This document shows, in pieces, positions 11,222 through 23,591 of a stretch of 64,000 nucleotides of DNA (the stretch's first letter is position 1; every line of letters starts with the position of its first letter). The DNA lies in NCBI GenBank assembly GCA_036275535.1, contig DASUDP010000085.1:14674-78673 (forward strand), read 5' to 3'. Source of the stretch: Acidimicrobiales bacterium. GTDB taxonomy: Bacteria > Actinomycetota > Acidimicrobiia > Acidimicrobiales > VFJN01. Below the pieces are notes generated by a model. That model was not told the DNA's origin and made no database searches. It saw only the letters and a list, made by a program, of their open reading frames with translations. The position numbers were made by a program, and so were the translations under genes.

Positions 11222-11962
11222 ATGCACACCACACTTGATGAGATCAACGACGGCATCTACCGGATCAGCACCTTCGTCCCGGAGGTGAGCCCGGAGGGCT
11301 TCACGTTCAACCAGTTCCTGATCGACGCCGAGCAGCCCCTGCTCTTCCACACCGGTGCGCGCGGGATGTTCCCACTGGTCGCCGAGCAGGTGGCCAAGGT
11401 CCTCCCGCCGGAGTCCCTGCGGTGGATCACGTTCGGCCACGTCGAATCCGACGAGTGCGGGGCCATGAACATGTGGCTGGCCACCGCTCCGCAGTCGCAG
11501 GTGGTCTTCAACGGGCTCGGGTGCGACGTGTCGCTCAACGACCTGTGCGACCGGCCGCCTCGCGCCGTGGCCGACGACGAGGTGCTCGACCTCGGGGGGA
11601 AGCGGGTGCGGTTCCTGACCACGCCGCACGTGCCCCACGGCTGGGAGGCCCAGGTGATCTTCGAGGAGTCCACCGGCACGCTCTTCTCCGGTGACCTGCT
11701 GAGCCACATCGGCGACGGCCCCGCGGTGACCTCCGTGGACGTCACCTCTGCCGCCATCACGGCCGAGGCCATCTTCCACAGCACCGCCCTCAACCCCGCC
11801 ACCGGGGCCACGATCCGCCGCCTGGCCGACCTCTCCCCGTCCACCCTGGCGATCATGCACGGATCGTCCTACGCCGGCGACGGTGGCGCGGTCCTCCGGA
11901 ACCTCGCCTCGGCCTACGACGACCTGGTGGCCGACGCCGCCGAGGCCGGAGCCCTCGTCTGA
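11222..11962 (+). CDS. MBL-fold metallo-hydrolase / di-iron (ODP-like) domain protein
   Basis: 246 aa. The HVESDECGAM motif and overall pattern resemble beta-lactamase-fold domains of flavodiiron/ODP proteins. The family assignment is tentative. Confidence 0.6.
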   Translation: MHTTLDEINDGIYRISTFVPEVSPEGFTFNQFLIDAEQPLLFHTGARGMFPLVAEQVAKVLPPESLRWITFGHVESDECGAMNMWLATAPQSQVVFNGLGCDVSLNDLCDRPPRAVADDEVLDLGGKRVRFLTTPHVPHGWEAQVIFEESTGTLFSGDLLSHIGDGPAVTSVDVTSAAITAEAIFHSTALNPATGATIRRLADLSPSTLAIMHGSSYAGDGGAVLRNLASAYDDLVADAAEAGALV

Positions 11963-11971
11963 CCCCTCGGT

Positions 11972-12024
11972 CGAACCTGCGGTCGTTCTTGCGCGAGAAC
12001 CGCAACGAACGACCGCGGGTTCGG
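11972..12024 (+). repeat. 53-bp long-hairpin intergenic element, repeat family 2, copy A
   Basis: CGAACCTGCGGTCGTTCTTGCGCGAGAACCGCAACGAACGACCGCGGGTTCGG lies between convergent genes. Similar copies are at 47629, 54569 (reverse orientation) and 55149. Confidence 0.85.
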
Positions 12025-12025
12025 G

Positions 12026-13504
12026 TCAGAGGCGAGGGAGCCGGGGGTCGTAGAGCCAGCGCTGGAAGAGGGCGTCGAGGTCCTGGCCGCTGACCTCCTC
12101 CGACAGGGCCACGAGGTCCTCGGTGGAGGCCACCGACCCGCGGTGCTCGTCGACCCAGCGCCGCAGGATGGTGAAGAAGGCCTCGTCGCCGACGGCCTCC
12201 CGGAGCGCCTGCAGGGCCATGCCGCCCCGCCAGTACACGGTGGTGCTGAACAGCTCCTCGGTCCCGGGGTCACCGGGCGGCGTGTCGAGGTCGGCCCGGG
12301 TGCCGCTGATGGCCCGGGCTCGCTGGGCCGCCGTCGGCCCGCCCGTGCGCTCCGACCAGAGCCACTCGCTGTAGGTGGCGAACCCCTCGTTGAGCCAGAT
12401 GTCCTGCCAGGTGGCCGGGCTGACGAGGTCGCCGACCCACTGGTGGGACAGCTCGTGCAGGAGGATGTCGTCGGCGCGGCGACCCCACGTGGCGATGTCG
12501 CGCCCGATGATCGTGAGGGTCTGGGTCTCGAGGGCGAAGCCGAGGTCCTCGTCCACGGCCAGCACGCCGTAGGCCTCGAAGGGGAACGGGCCGTAGACGT
12601 CGTCGAGGACGTCGATCATCTCGGCGGTGCGCGCCGTCGTCACCCGGGCGGCGTCGGCCAGCGAGCGGTGCAGGACGTGGCGGATGACGACGTCGCCGGC
12701 GCGGCCACCGTCGACCACCTCGAAGTCGCCGATGGCGATCTGGACGAGGTAGCTGGCCATCGGGTCGCGCGCCTGGGACCGCCAGGTCCGGGTGCCGGGC
12801 CCATCGACGGGATCGCCCACCGGGAGGCCGTTGGTGGCCACCACCTGGTCGGCGGGGGCGGTGATCTCGAAGGAGTAGGTGGCCTTGTCGCGGGGGTGGT
12901 CGTTGACCGGGAAGAAGGTGCCTGCGCCGGCCGGCTCGGAGACGACGTACGCCTCGTCCCCGTCGATCTGCCAGCCGACGTCGAACAGGTCGGTGCCGTC
13001 GCCCACCGGCCGGGGCCGGCCGCCGTAGGTGACGACGGTCGTGAAGGCGGCCCCCTCGGCGATCGCCGTGGCGGGGGTGACGACGAGCTCCCGGTCGTCG
13101 CGCGTCGCGGCGGCCGGCTGGCCGTCCACGGTCACCGCGGTGACCTCGAGCCCCGCCAGGTCGAGGTCGAACCGGCTCAGGGCCTGCGTCGCTCGGGCGT
13201 CGATGGTGGTCACGCCCTCGATGGCCCCCTGGTCGGGGAGCCACGTGAGGGCCAGGTCGTAGTGGTCGACGTCGTACCCGCCGTTGCCGAGCCCGGGGAA
13301 GTAGGGGTCCCCGATCCCCGCTGCGCCGGGGGTCCCGGCCACCGGGGCCGCCGTGGTCGACGGCGCCGTCGTGGAGGTGATCGACGAGGCGCCGCCCGCC
13401 GCCCGGTCGGGGTCGTCGTCGTCGCTGCGGCCGACGGCCCAGATGACGGCCGCCAGCACGAGCACGGCCAGCCCCACCGTCGCCACGACCGGCGTCCGCC
13501 TCAT
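12026..13504 (-). CDS. M1-family zinc metallopeptidase (aminopeptidase N-like), membrane-anchored or secreted
   Basis: HELSHQWVGD...WLNEGFATYSE (HEXXH-18-E) and an N-terminal hydrophobic segment. Confidence 0.9.
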   Translation of the reverse strand: MRRTPVVATVGLAVLVLAAVIWAVGRSDDDDPDRAAGGASSITSTTAPSTTAAPVAGTPGAAGIGDPYFPGLGNGGYDVDHYDLALTWLPDQGAIEGVTTIDARATQALSRFDLDLAGLEVTAVTVDGQPAAATRDDRELVVTPATAIAEGAAFTTVVTYGGRPRPVGDGTDLFDVGWQIDGDEAYVVSEPAGAGTFFPVNDHPRDKATYSFEITAPADQVVATNGLPVGDPVDGPGTRTWRSQARDPMASYLVQIAIGDFEVVDGGRAGDVVIRHVLHRSLADAARVTTARTAEMIDVLDDVYGPFPFEAYGVLAVDEDLGFALETQTLTIIGRDIATWGRRADDILLHELSHQWVGDLVSPATWQDIWLNEGFATYSEWLWSERTGGPTAAQRARAISGTRADLDTPPGDPGTEELFSTTVYWRGGMALQALREAVGDEAFFTILRRWVDEHRGSVASTEDLVALSEEVSGQDLDALFQRWLYDPRLPRL

Positions 13505-13541
13505 CGGCCGCGCCGAGTCGGTGGGACGGGGTGAGGTCCGG

Positions 13542-14096
13542 TCAGCCCAGGGCCTCGGGGCACTTCTGGAAGATGGCCATGAACTCGTTCATGAGCTCCG
13601 GGTCGTCCTGGAGGGCGTCCTCGCCCTGCGTGAGCATCGTCACGAAGATCTTGCGGATCGTGTCGTTGTCGAAGGCGTCGTCCAGGCAGGCCTTGTCCTC
13701 GTCGCTCAGGCTGGCGTCAGCAGCCAGGCTCTCCGTGAAGAGGGCGGGCAGGTCGATGCAGCCGTCGAACCCGTCGACGACGCGGTTGGCCTCCTCGTCG
13801 GAAAGCCCCTCGGGGAACGTGGAGCCGTCGTCGCTGCCGAACTGCTGGGGGGTGATGCCAAGATCCTCGAGGCGGTCCACGCCCACGCCCTCCACCATCG
13901 ACGTGACGATGCAGCGGGCGTCGTCCTCGGTCAGCGGCTTCGCCTCCTCGGGGTCGTACTCCGCCATCGCAGCGTCGACGTACTCCTGCTCCTTGTCGGA
14001 CAGGCCGCCGCTGCCCGAGCCCCCGTCGTCATCGCCGCAGGCGGCGGCACCGATGAGGAGGAAGCCGATCAGGAAGATGGGGGCGAGCTTGCGCAT
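13542..14096 (-). CDS. hypothetical acidic lipoprotein
   Basis: MRKLAPIFLIGFLLIGAAACGDD carries a lipobox. I chose the internal ATG at 14096 rather than the ORF-track start at 14135. Confidence 0.65.
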   Translation of the reverse strand: MRKLAPIFLIGFLLIGAAACGDDDGGSGSGGLSDKEQEYVDAAMAEYDPEEAKPLTEDDARCIVTSMVEGVGVDRLEDLGITPQQFGSDDGSTFPEGLSDEEANRVVDGFDGCIDLPALFTESLAADASLSDEDKACLDDAFDNDTIRKIFVTMLTQGEDALQDDPELMNEFMAIFQKCPEALG

Positions 14097-14137
14097 CCGG
14101 CGACGGTAGCGGCTGCCCTCGATGGCCCAGGGCACCG

Positions 14138-16684
<2,547 letters not shown>

Positions 16685-18244
16685 TCAGAGGGCGGTGGCC
16701 GACACCACGCCGGGGATGGCCCGGATGGCGGCGAGCACGTCGTCGCTCACGTGCTGGTCGGTGGCCAGCACCATGAGGGCAGCGGTGCCCTCCGGCGAGC
16801 GCCCGAGGTGCATGTCGTCGATGTTGACGCCGGCGTCACCGAGCACGCCGGTCACCTTCGAGATCATCCCGGGCACATCGTCGTTGCGCACCACGAGCAT
16901 GTGCTCGGCCGGTGGCACGTCCACGGAGTGGTCGTCGACCATCACGATGCGGGGCTCGGCCTTCAGGCCGACCAGCGTGCCGCCGATGCAGTGCGACCCC
17001 CCGCGGATGGTCAGCAGGTTGATGTACTCGTGCGACGTCGAGCTCGAGGACTCCCGGACCTCGACCCCTCGCTCCTCGGCCAGGCGCGGCGCGTTGACGT
17101 AGCTGACGGGCTCCTCGCTGACCCGGCCGAACACGCCCTTCAGCACCGACAAGGTGAGGATCCGGGTGTCGGAGTCGGCCAGCTGGCCCTCGTAGCCCAC
17201 CTCGAGCACATCGGGCACCGACGCCGCCAGCGCCGCGTAGAGCTCGCCGAGGCGCTCGGCCAGCGGGAGGTAGGGCCGCACCGTGCTCGACGCCTCGGCC
17301 GCGCTGACGTTCACCGCGAAGGGCACGAACTCACCGGCCAGCGCCAAGCCCACCTGCTCGGCGATCGTGTCGCCGGCCTTGTCCTGCGCCTCGACCGTGC
17401 TGGCCCCGAGGTGCGGGGTGACGACCACCTGCGGCAGCTCGAACAGGGGCGACTCGGTGGTCGGCTCCTTGGCGAACACGTCGATGGCGGCCCCGGCGAC
17501 GCGGCCGTCCCGGATGGCGGCGGCCAGCGCGGCCTCGTCGATCACGCCGCCGCGCGACACGTTGACGATCCGCAGGTTGGGCTTGGCTTTGGCCAGGAGG
17601 TCCTCGTTGATCATCCCGAGGGTCTCGGGCGTCTTCACCACGTGCAGGGTGAGGAAGTCGGCCACGCCGATCAGCTCGTCGAGCTCCATGAGCTCGACGT
17701 TGATCTGGCGGGCCCGCTCAGGGGCCACGAAGGGGTCGTGGGCGACCACCTTCATCCCGAAGGCGAGGGCCCGCTGGGCCACGAGCTTGCCGATCCGACC
17801 GAGGCCGACGATCCCGAGGACCTTGTCGGCCAGCTCCACGCCTTCCCACTTGGAGCGCTCCCAGCGACCGGCGACGAGGGCGGCGTGGGCCTGGGGGATG
17901 TTGCGGGCCTGGGCCAGCAGCATGGCCATCGTGTGCTCGGCGGTGGTGAGGATGTTGGACTGCGGCGCGTTCACCACCATGACGCCCTGCTTGGTGGCGG
18001 CGTCGGTGTCGACGTTGTCGAGGCCGATGCCCGCCCGCCCCACCACGACGAGGTCCTGCCCGGCGGCGATGACGTCCGCGGTGACGGTCGTAGCGGACCG
18101 GATGATCAGGGCGTGGGCCCCGACCACGGCCTCGAGGAGTGCCTCGGGGGTCAGGTCCAGCTGGAGGTCCACGTCGTGGCCGGCTGCCCGCAGCCGATCA
18201 AGGCCACCCTCAGCGATCTTCTCTGTGACCAGGATGCGCGCCAT
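16685..18244 (-). CDS. serA: D-3-phosphoglycerate dehydrogenase
   Basis: MARILVTEKIAEGGL..., NAD-binding GLGRIGKLVAQRA and a C-terminal ACT domain. Start chosen at ATG 18244. Confidence 0.93.
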   Translation of the reverse strand: MARILVTEKIAEGGLDRLRAAGHDVDLQLDLTPEALLEAVVGAHALIIRSATTVTADVIAAGQDLVVVGRAGIGLDNVDTDAATKQGVMVVNAPQSNILTTAEHTMAMLLAQARNIPQAHAALVAGRWERSKWEGVELADKVLGIVGLGRIGKLVAQRALAFGMKVVAHDPFVAPERARQINVELMELDELIGVADFLTLHVVKTPETLGMINEDLLAKAKPNLRIVNVSRGGVIDEAALAAAIRDGRVAGAAIDVFAKEPTTESPLFELPQVVVTPHLGASTVEAQDKAGDTIAEQVGLALAGEFVPFAVNVSAAEASSTVRPYLPLAERLGELYAALAASVPDVLEVGYEGQLADSDTRILTLSVLKGVFGRVSEEPVSYVNAPRLAEERGVEVRESSSSTSHEYINLLTIRGGSHCIGGTLVGLKAEPRIVMVDDHSVDVPPAEHMLVVRNDDVPGMISKVTGVLGDAGVNIDDMHLGRSPEGTAALMVLATDQHVSDDVLAAIRAIPGVVSATAL

Positions 18245-18379
18245 GGGCCGAGTCTGACCCTCCTCCGCTCGATCCTGCCAACCGGTCGACCCAGCAGGAT
18301 GGGACGTTCGTCCCTCCTGCGGAAGCCGGTCCTGCGTTAGGTTGACCGCGTCCACGAACCCCTGCCCCTGGAGGCTCCC

Positions 18380-19543
18380 TTGCACAAGCGCCACGTGCGC
18401 CTGCTCTCCGGCCTCGTCGCCCTCGGCCTGCTCACCGCAGCCTGCGGCAACGACGACGAGACGAGCGACGACACCACGACCACGGCCGCCTCCGGCGACC
18501 AGACCACCACGACCGCCGGGGACGGAGGGTCAGCCGACTCCCAGGTGAAGCTGGATGACGTCTGCCAGGAGGCCAAGGACGCCGGCGTCGAGGCCCCCGA
18601 CGGCTACACGGTGCGCCTGGTGACCGACATCGGCAAGGTCGATGACCGCACCTTCAACCAGTACGCCTACGAGGGCATGAAGGCCGCCGAGGAGTGCTTC
18701 GGCTTCGAGACGAGCTTCATCGAGACCGCCTCCGAGGCCGACTACGAGAAGAACATCTCGACGGCCATGGAAGGCGACCCCGACGTCATCATCACCGTCG
18801 GCTTCCTGCTCGCCGACGCCACCTTGGCGGCGGCCAACGCCAACACCGGCACCGACTTCATCGGTGTCGACCAGTTCCAGCCGGAGTACCCCGACAACTA
18901 CATCGGCGTGCTCTTCAACGAGGACGAGGGCGGCTACATGGCCGGTGTGCTCGCCGCCTCGCTCAGCGAGAGCGGCACCATCGGCGTCGTGGGCGGCCGT
19001 CAGGACGTTCCGCCGGTGGTCAAGTTGGTGAACGGGTACGAGGCCGGCGCCAAGTCCATCAACCCGGCCATCAACGTGCTGAAGATCTACAACGAGTCCT
19101 TCACCGCCCCCGACAAGGGTGCGTCCGACGCCCAGCAGTTCATCGGTGAGGGCGCCGACGTCATCTTCGGCGCCGGCGGCCAGACCGGCTCCGGCGGCGT
19201 CGCCGCCGCCACCGAGCAGGGAGTCTGGGGCATCGGCGTGGACCAGGACGAGTACTTCACGACCTTCAACGGCGGGTCCGCCCCGGGTGCCGACAAGCTG
19301 GCCAGCTCGGCCGTCAAGCGGGTCGACCTCGGCGTCTTCCTAAAGATCGTCGATGCCCTGAAGGGTGAGTTCAAGGGCGGCGTCTTCGCCCTCACGGCGG
19401 CCAACGGTGGCATCACCTACGCCCCCGCCCACGACGCCAAGCTGCCCGACGAGGCCGTGCAGGCGGTCGAGAAGGCTCGCCAGGGCTTGGCCGACGGGTC
19501 CATCAAGACCGGCCTCGATCCGGCCACGGGACTCCCCAAGTAG
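18380..19543 (+). CDS. BMP-family (PnrA-like) ABC transporter substrate-binding lipoprotein, probably nucleoside-binding
   Basis: The signal peptide with lipobox is LLTAACG. BMP/Med-like sequence. TTG start at 18380 with SD GGAGG; a GTG at 18395 is an alternative. Confidence 0.85.
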   Translation: MHKRHVRLLSGLVALGLLTAACGNDDETSDDTTTTAASGDQTTTTAGDGGSADSQVKLDDVCQEAKDAGVEAPDGYTVRLVTDIGKVDDRTFNQYAYEGMKAAEECFGFETSFIETASEADYEKNISTAMEGDPDVIITVGFLLADATLAAANANTGTDFIGVDQFQPEYPDNYIGVLFNEDEGGYMAGVLAASLSESGTIGVVGGRQDVPPVVKLVNGYEAGAKSINPAINVLKIYNESFTAPDKGASDAQQFIGEGADVIFGAGGQTGSGGVAAATEQGVWGIGVDQDEYFTTFNGGSAPGADKLASSAVKRVDLGVFLKIVDALKGEFKGGVFALTAANGGITYAPAHDAKLPDEAVQAVEKARQGLADGSIKTGLDPATGLPK

Positions 19544-19561
19544 GGACACATCCACCACGAG

Positions 19562-19591
19562 GGGCGGAGACGACCACGGTCGTCTCCGCCC
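19562..19591 (+). other. perfect 14-bp intercistronic stem-loop between the binding-protein and ATPase genes
   Basis: GGGCGGAGACGACC-AC-GGTCGTCTCCGCCC. No clean U-run follows it. Confidence 0.5.
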
Positions 19592-19621
19592 TTCGTCGCT
19601 CTACGACCGCCGGGAGGAGCA

Positions 19622-21160
19622 GTGAGCGAGGGCCGCGGCGAACCGATCCTCGAGGTGCGGGGCGTCACGAAGACGTTCCCGGGGGTCGTCGCCAACGAGG
19701 ACGTCGACCTGACGCTCCACCGGGGCCAGGTGCTTTGCCTCCTCGGTGAGAACGGAGCCGGCAAGAGCACGCTGGTGAACGTGGTCTTCGGGCTCTACCA
19801 GCCCGACGGGGGCGAGATCCTCCTGCGGGGCGAGCCGGTGCACTTCGCCAGCTCGCGGGAGGCCATCAAGGCGGGCATCGGCATGGTGCACCAGCACTTC
19901 CAGCTGATCCCCGTCTTCACCGTCGTCGAGAACGTCGTCCTGGGCGACGAGATCCGCAAGGGCCCCATGCTCGACCTCGACACCGCCCGCGAGCGGATCC
20001 GCGACCTCGGTCGCCGGTACGGGCTGGTGATCGACCCTGACGCCATCGTCGGCGAGCTGTCCGTCGGCGAGCAGCAGCGGGTCGAGCTCATCAAGGCGCT
20101 CTTCCGCGATGCCGAGGTCCTCATCCTCGACGAGCCCACCGCCGTCCTGACCCCCGGCGAGGTCGACGAGTTCTTCGGTGTGGTCCGCAACCTCGTCGAG
20201 CAGGGCAAGTCGATCATCTTCATCACCCACAAGCTCCGCGAAGTGCTGTCAGTGGCCGACCAGATCGTTGTCCTCCGGGGCGGCAAGGTCGTGGGCGAAG
20301 CCGACCCGAAGGAGGCCACGCAGCAGAGCCTGGCCACGCTGATGGTCGGCCGCGACGTGTCGTTCACGATCGACAAGACGCCGGCCACGCCCGGCGAGGT
20401 CGTGCTGCGGGCCGAGGGCCTCACCGTCGACGACGACCGCGGCGTCACCACGGTCTCGGGCTTCGACCTCGAGGTGCGAGCGGGCGAGATCTTCGGCATC
20501 GCCGGGGTGGAGGGCAACGGCCAGCGCGAGCTGGTCGAGGCGCTCATGGGCATGCGGGTCAAGCGGGGGGGCACGGTGGAGATCACCGGGCAGGACGTCA
20601 CCCACGCCAGCCCTCGGGACATCATCGAGCTCGGCGTCGGGCACGTCCCCGAGGACCGCACCAAGCACGGGCTCGTCGGCCCGTTCACCATCGCCGACAA
20701 CCTCGTGCTCAACCAGTACCGCAACAGCCCGTTCGCCCACCGCGGCCTGCGCCGTGACGACGCCATCGCTACGTACGCGGGAGAGCTCGTCGAGCAGTTC
20801 GACATCCGCACACCGAGCCCCCAGGTCGCCGTCGAGACCCTCTCCGGCGGCAACCAGCAGAAGGTGATCATCGCCCGCGAGCTGCAGGGCGTGGACAAGC
20901 TCCTCGTCGTCGCCCAGCCCACCCGGGGCCTCGACGTCGGCTCGATCGAGTTCATCCACCGGCGCATCGTCGAGATGCGCGACCAGGGGGCCGCCGTGCT
21001 CCTGGTGTCGGCCGAGCTCGACGAGGTCCTCAACCTCTCCGACCGCATCGGGGTCATCTACCGGGGGGCGCTCGTGGGCACCTTCGACCGGGCCGACGCC
21101 ACCCGCGACCGCCTCGGGCTCCTGATGGCCAGCGGCGCCGACCCGGAGGTGGCCGCCTGA
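19622..21160 (+). CDS. ABC transporter ATP-binding protein (tandem ABC domains)
   Basis: Walker A GENGAGKST, signature LSVGEQQR / LSGGNQQK, two cassettes. Confidence 0.93.
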   Translation: MSEGRGEPILEVRGVTKTFPGVVANEDVDLTLHRGQVLCLLGENGAGKSTLVNVVFGLYQPDGGEILLRGEPVHFASSREAIKAGIGMVHQHFQLIPVFTVVENVVLGDEIRKGPMLDLDTARERIRDLGRRYGLVIDPDAIVGELSVGEQQRVELIKALFRDAEVLILDEPTAVLTPGEVDEFFGVVRNLVEQGKSIIFITHKLREVLSVADQIVVLRGGKVVGEADPKEATQQSLATLMVGRDVSFTIDKTPATPGEVVLRAEGLTVDDDRGVTTVSGFDLEVRAGEIFGIAGVEGNGQRELVEALMGMRVKRGGTVEITGQDVTHASPRDIIELGVGHVPEDRTKHGLVGPFTIADNLVLNQYRNSPFAHRGLRRDDAIATYAGELVEQFDIRTPSPQVAVETLSGGNQQKVIIARELQGVDKLLVVAQPTRGLDVGSIEFIHRRIVEMRDQGAAVLLVSAELDEVLNLSDRIGVIYRGALVGTFDRADATRDRLGLLMASGADPEVAA

Positions 21161-22323
21161 TGGCCGACGACCCGGCGCGCCGTCCCAGGAACCGGCCGGA
21201 CTTCGTGACGGCGCTGCGGGAGTCGATCCAGCTCCAGTCCGTGCTGGTGCCCGTCTACGCCATCCTCCTGGCCCTGGTGATCGCCGGCGTGGTGATCGTG
21301 CTCGTGGGGAGCAACCCCTTCGAGGCGTACTGGGCTCTGCTGCGAGGCATGTTCGGCACGCCGGACCGCGTCGCCGCCTCGCTCGGGCGCTCCACGCCGT
21401 ACATCGGAGCGGCGCTGGCCATCGCCTTCGCCTTCCGGGCCGGCTTGTTCAACATCGGCGCCGAGGGACAGGTGCTCGTCGGCGCCACCACCGCCGCCTG
21501 GGTGGGCACCTTCAGCTGGCTGGCCGACGTGCCGGGGCCGATCATCATCCCGATCGTGGTCCTGGCCGGCGTGCTCGGCGGCGCCATCTACGGCTTCATC
21601 CCGGGCTTCCTCAAGGCCAAGACGGGGGCGCACGAGGTGATCGTCACGATCATGCTCAACAACATCGCCATCCTGATCGTGCGGTGGCTGGTCAACTCGC
21701 AGGACCCGCTCATCCTCCGGGACCCGGCGGCCTCGGTCCCCCGCACCGCCCACATCCCCGCGGCCGCCCGCCTCCCGGAGATCATCTCGACCAACCCGCC
21801 GGTGCACCTCGGCTTCTTCATCGCCATCGCGCTGTGCGTCCTGGTGTGGTTCATCCTGCGGCGCACCACCTTCGGGTTCGAGGTCCGCACGGTGGGCACC
21901 AACCCCAACGCCGCCAAGTACGCCGGCATGGGCGTCAACCGCACGATCATCCTCGTGATGGCCATCTCCGGCGCCTTCGCCGGGCTGGCCGGGGCGGGCG
22001 AGATCACCGGAACCTCCGGCTACCTCAGCCCCGGGGTGTTCGCCGGCGTCGGCTTCGACGCCATCGCCATCGCCCTGCTGGCCCGGGCCAACCCCTTCGG
22101 CATCATCCTCACCTCGATCCTCTGGGGCTCGATGCTCTCCGGCGCCGGGCTCATGCAGCAGGACAGCGGGCTCTCGATCGACGCGGTCAGGATCGTCCAG
22201 GCGCTGGTGCTGCTCTTCGTGGCCGCCGACGTCATCGTCCGCACGATCTTCCGGGTTCGCCGCACGGGGGCCACCACCCTCGAGACGACGCAGATCACCA
22301 CCGGGTGGGGGTCCACGACGTGA
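21160..22323 (+). CDS. ABC transporter permease
   Basis: Polytopic membrane protein of the BMP-type sugar/nucleoside ABC family. ATGA overlap with the ATPase gene. Confidence 0.88.
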   Translation: MADDPARRPRNRPDFVTALRESIQLQSVLVPVYAILLALVIAGVVIVLVGSNPFEAYWALLRGMFGTPDRVAASLGRSTPYIGAALAIAFAFRAGLFNIGAEGQVLVGATTAAWVGTFSWLADVPGPIIIPIVVLAGVLGGAIYGFIPGFLKAKTGAHEVIVTIMLNNIAILIVRWLVNSQDPLILRDPAASVPRTAHIPAAARLPEIISTNPPVHLGFFIAIALCVLVWFILRRTTFGFEVRTVGTNPNAAKYAGMGVNRTIILVMAISGAFAGLAGAGEITGTSGYLSPGVFAGVGFDAIAIALLARANPFGIILTSILWGSMLSGAGLMQQDSGLSIDAVRIVQALVLLFVAADVIVRTIFRVRRTGATTLETTQITTGWGSTT

Positions 22324-23591
22324 ACGCCTGGCGCTTCGGCCGCCGCCAGACCCTCGGGGTGCTCTTCGGGATCCTCGGCGTGATGCTCGTGGGCTACGTC
22401 GCCCCCAACCTCGACGCCGCCGACAAGGGCCTCGCCTTCGAACCCCCGCCCGACCCGCTCAAGCTCGTCGTCGACCCCGCCACCACCGTCACCACCATCG
22501 GGATCATCTTCGTCCTCGCCGCCGTGGCCACGTTCTTCGAGCGGCGGTCCCGGCGGGTGGCCAGCGGCGGGCTGATCCTGTCGACGATCCTGTTCATCCC
22601 GCTCGTCATCGTCCTGGCCCTCGCCCTGTCCCAGGCCCGCGAGACGAACGTGATGCAGCTGGTCGTCGAGTCGCTGCGCCTCGGCACCCCCATCGCCCTC
22701 GGCTCGATGGCCGGCCTCTGGTGCGAGCGATCGGGCGTCGTCAACATCGGCATCGAGGGGATGATGCTGATGTCGGCGGGCACCGGGTTCATGACCTACG
22801 CCGTGGTGGGCGACGCCAGCTCTACGTCGGCGCTGTGGCTGGCCGTCCTCGTGGCCATCCTCACGGGTGGGCTCATGGCGCTGCTGCACGCGTGGCTCTC
22901 GGTCACCTTCCGGGTCGACCAGATCATCTCGGGCGTGGTCATCAACCTCCTCGCGCTCGGCGTGACCGGCTTCATCCGCTCCGAGGTGATCGTCGACACC
23001 GGGATCTCGACGGGTGTGGCCACCGGGAAGATCGCCCTGCCGCTGCTGTCGGACATCCCGATCCTCGGTCCGCAGCTCTTCACCAACAAGCCGATCTTCT
23101 TCGCCATGTTCGTCGTGGTGGGGATGACGGCGTGGGTGCTGTTCCGCACCCCCTTCGGGTTGCGGGTGCGGGCCGTCGGCGAGCACCCCCACGCCACCGA
23201 GACGCTCGGCATCGACCCGATCCGCATCCGCTACCTGGCCGTCGTGATCGGCGGGCTGATCGCCGGGCTGGCCGGCGCCTGGTTCTCCCTCGAGTCCCAG
23301 GCCGGGTTCCAGGACAACATGACCAACGGCGCCGGGTTCATCGCTCTCGCCGCGCTCATCTTCGGCAAGTGGCGGCCGTTCACGGCCTTCGCCGGGGCGA
23401 TGCTCTTCGGGTTCACCCGAGCCCTCGGTTCCCGCCTCCAGATCCTCAACGTGACGATCGGCGACTTCGCGATCCCCAGCGAGTTCCTGCAGGCGCTGCC
23501 CTACGTCGTCACGATCATCGTCGTCGCCGGCGCCGTCGGCCGGGCGCTCGCACCGGCCGCTGACGGCATCCCCTACGAGCGGTCTCGGTGA
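22320..23591 (+). CDS. ABC transporter permease (second subunit)
   Basis: GTG at 22320 overlaps the previous stop (GTGA). The conserved NIGIEGMML motif is present. The upstream part of ORF 21684..23591 is a shadow frame. Confidence 0.88.
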   Translation: MNAWRFGRRQTLGVLFGILGVMLVGYVAPNLDAADKGLAFEPPPDPLKLVVDPATTVTTIGIIFVLAAVATFFERRSRRVASGGLILSTILFIPLVIVLALALSQARETNVMQLVVESLRLGTPIALGSMAGLWCERSGVVNIGIEGMMLMSAGTGFMTYAVVGDASSTSALWLAVLVAILTGGLMALLHAWLSVTFRVDQIISGVVINLLALGVTGFIRSEVIVDTGISTGVATGKIALPLLSDIPILGPQLFTNKPIFFAMFVVVGMTAWVLFRTPFGLRVRAVGEHPHATETLGIDPIRIRYLAVVIGGLIAGLAGAWFSLESQAGFQDNMTNGAGFIALAALIFGKWRPFTAFAGAMLFGFTRALGSRLQILNVTIGDFAIPSEFLQALPYVVTIIVVAGAVGRALAPAADGIPYERSR

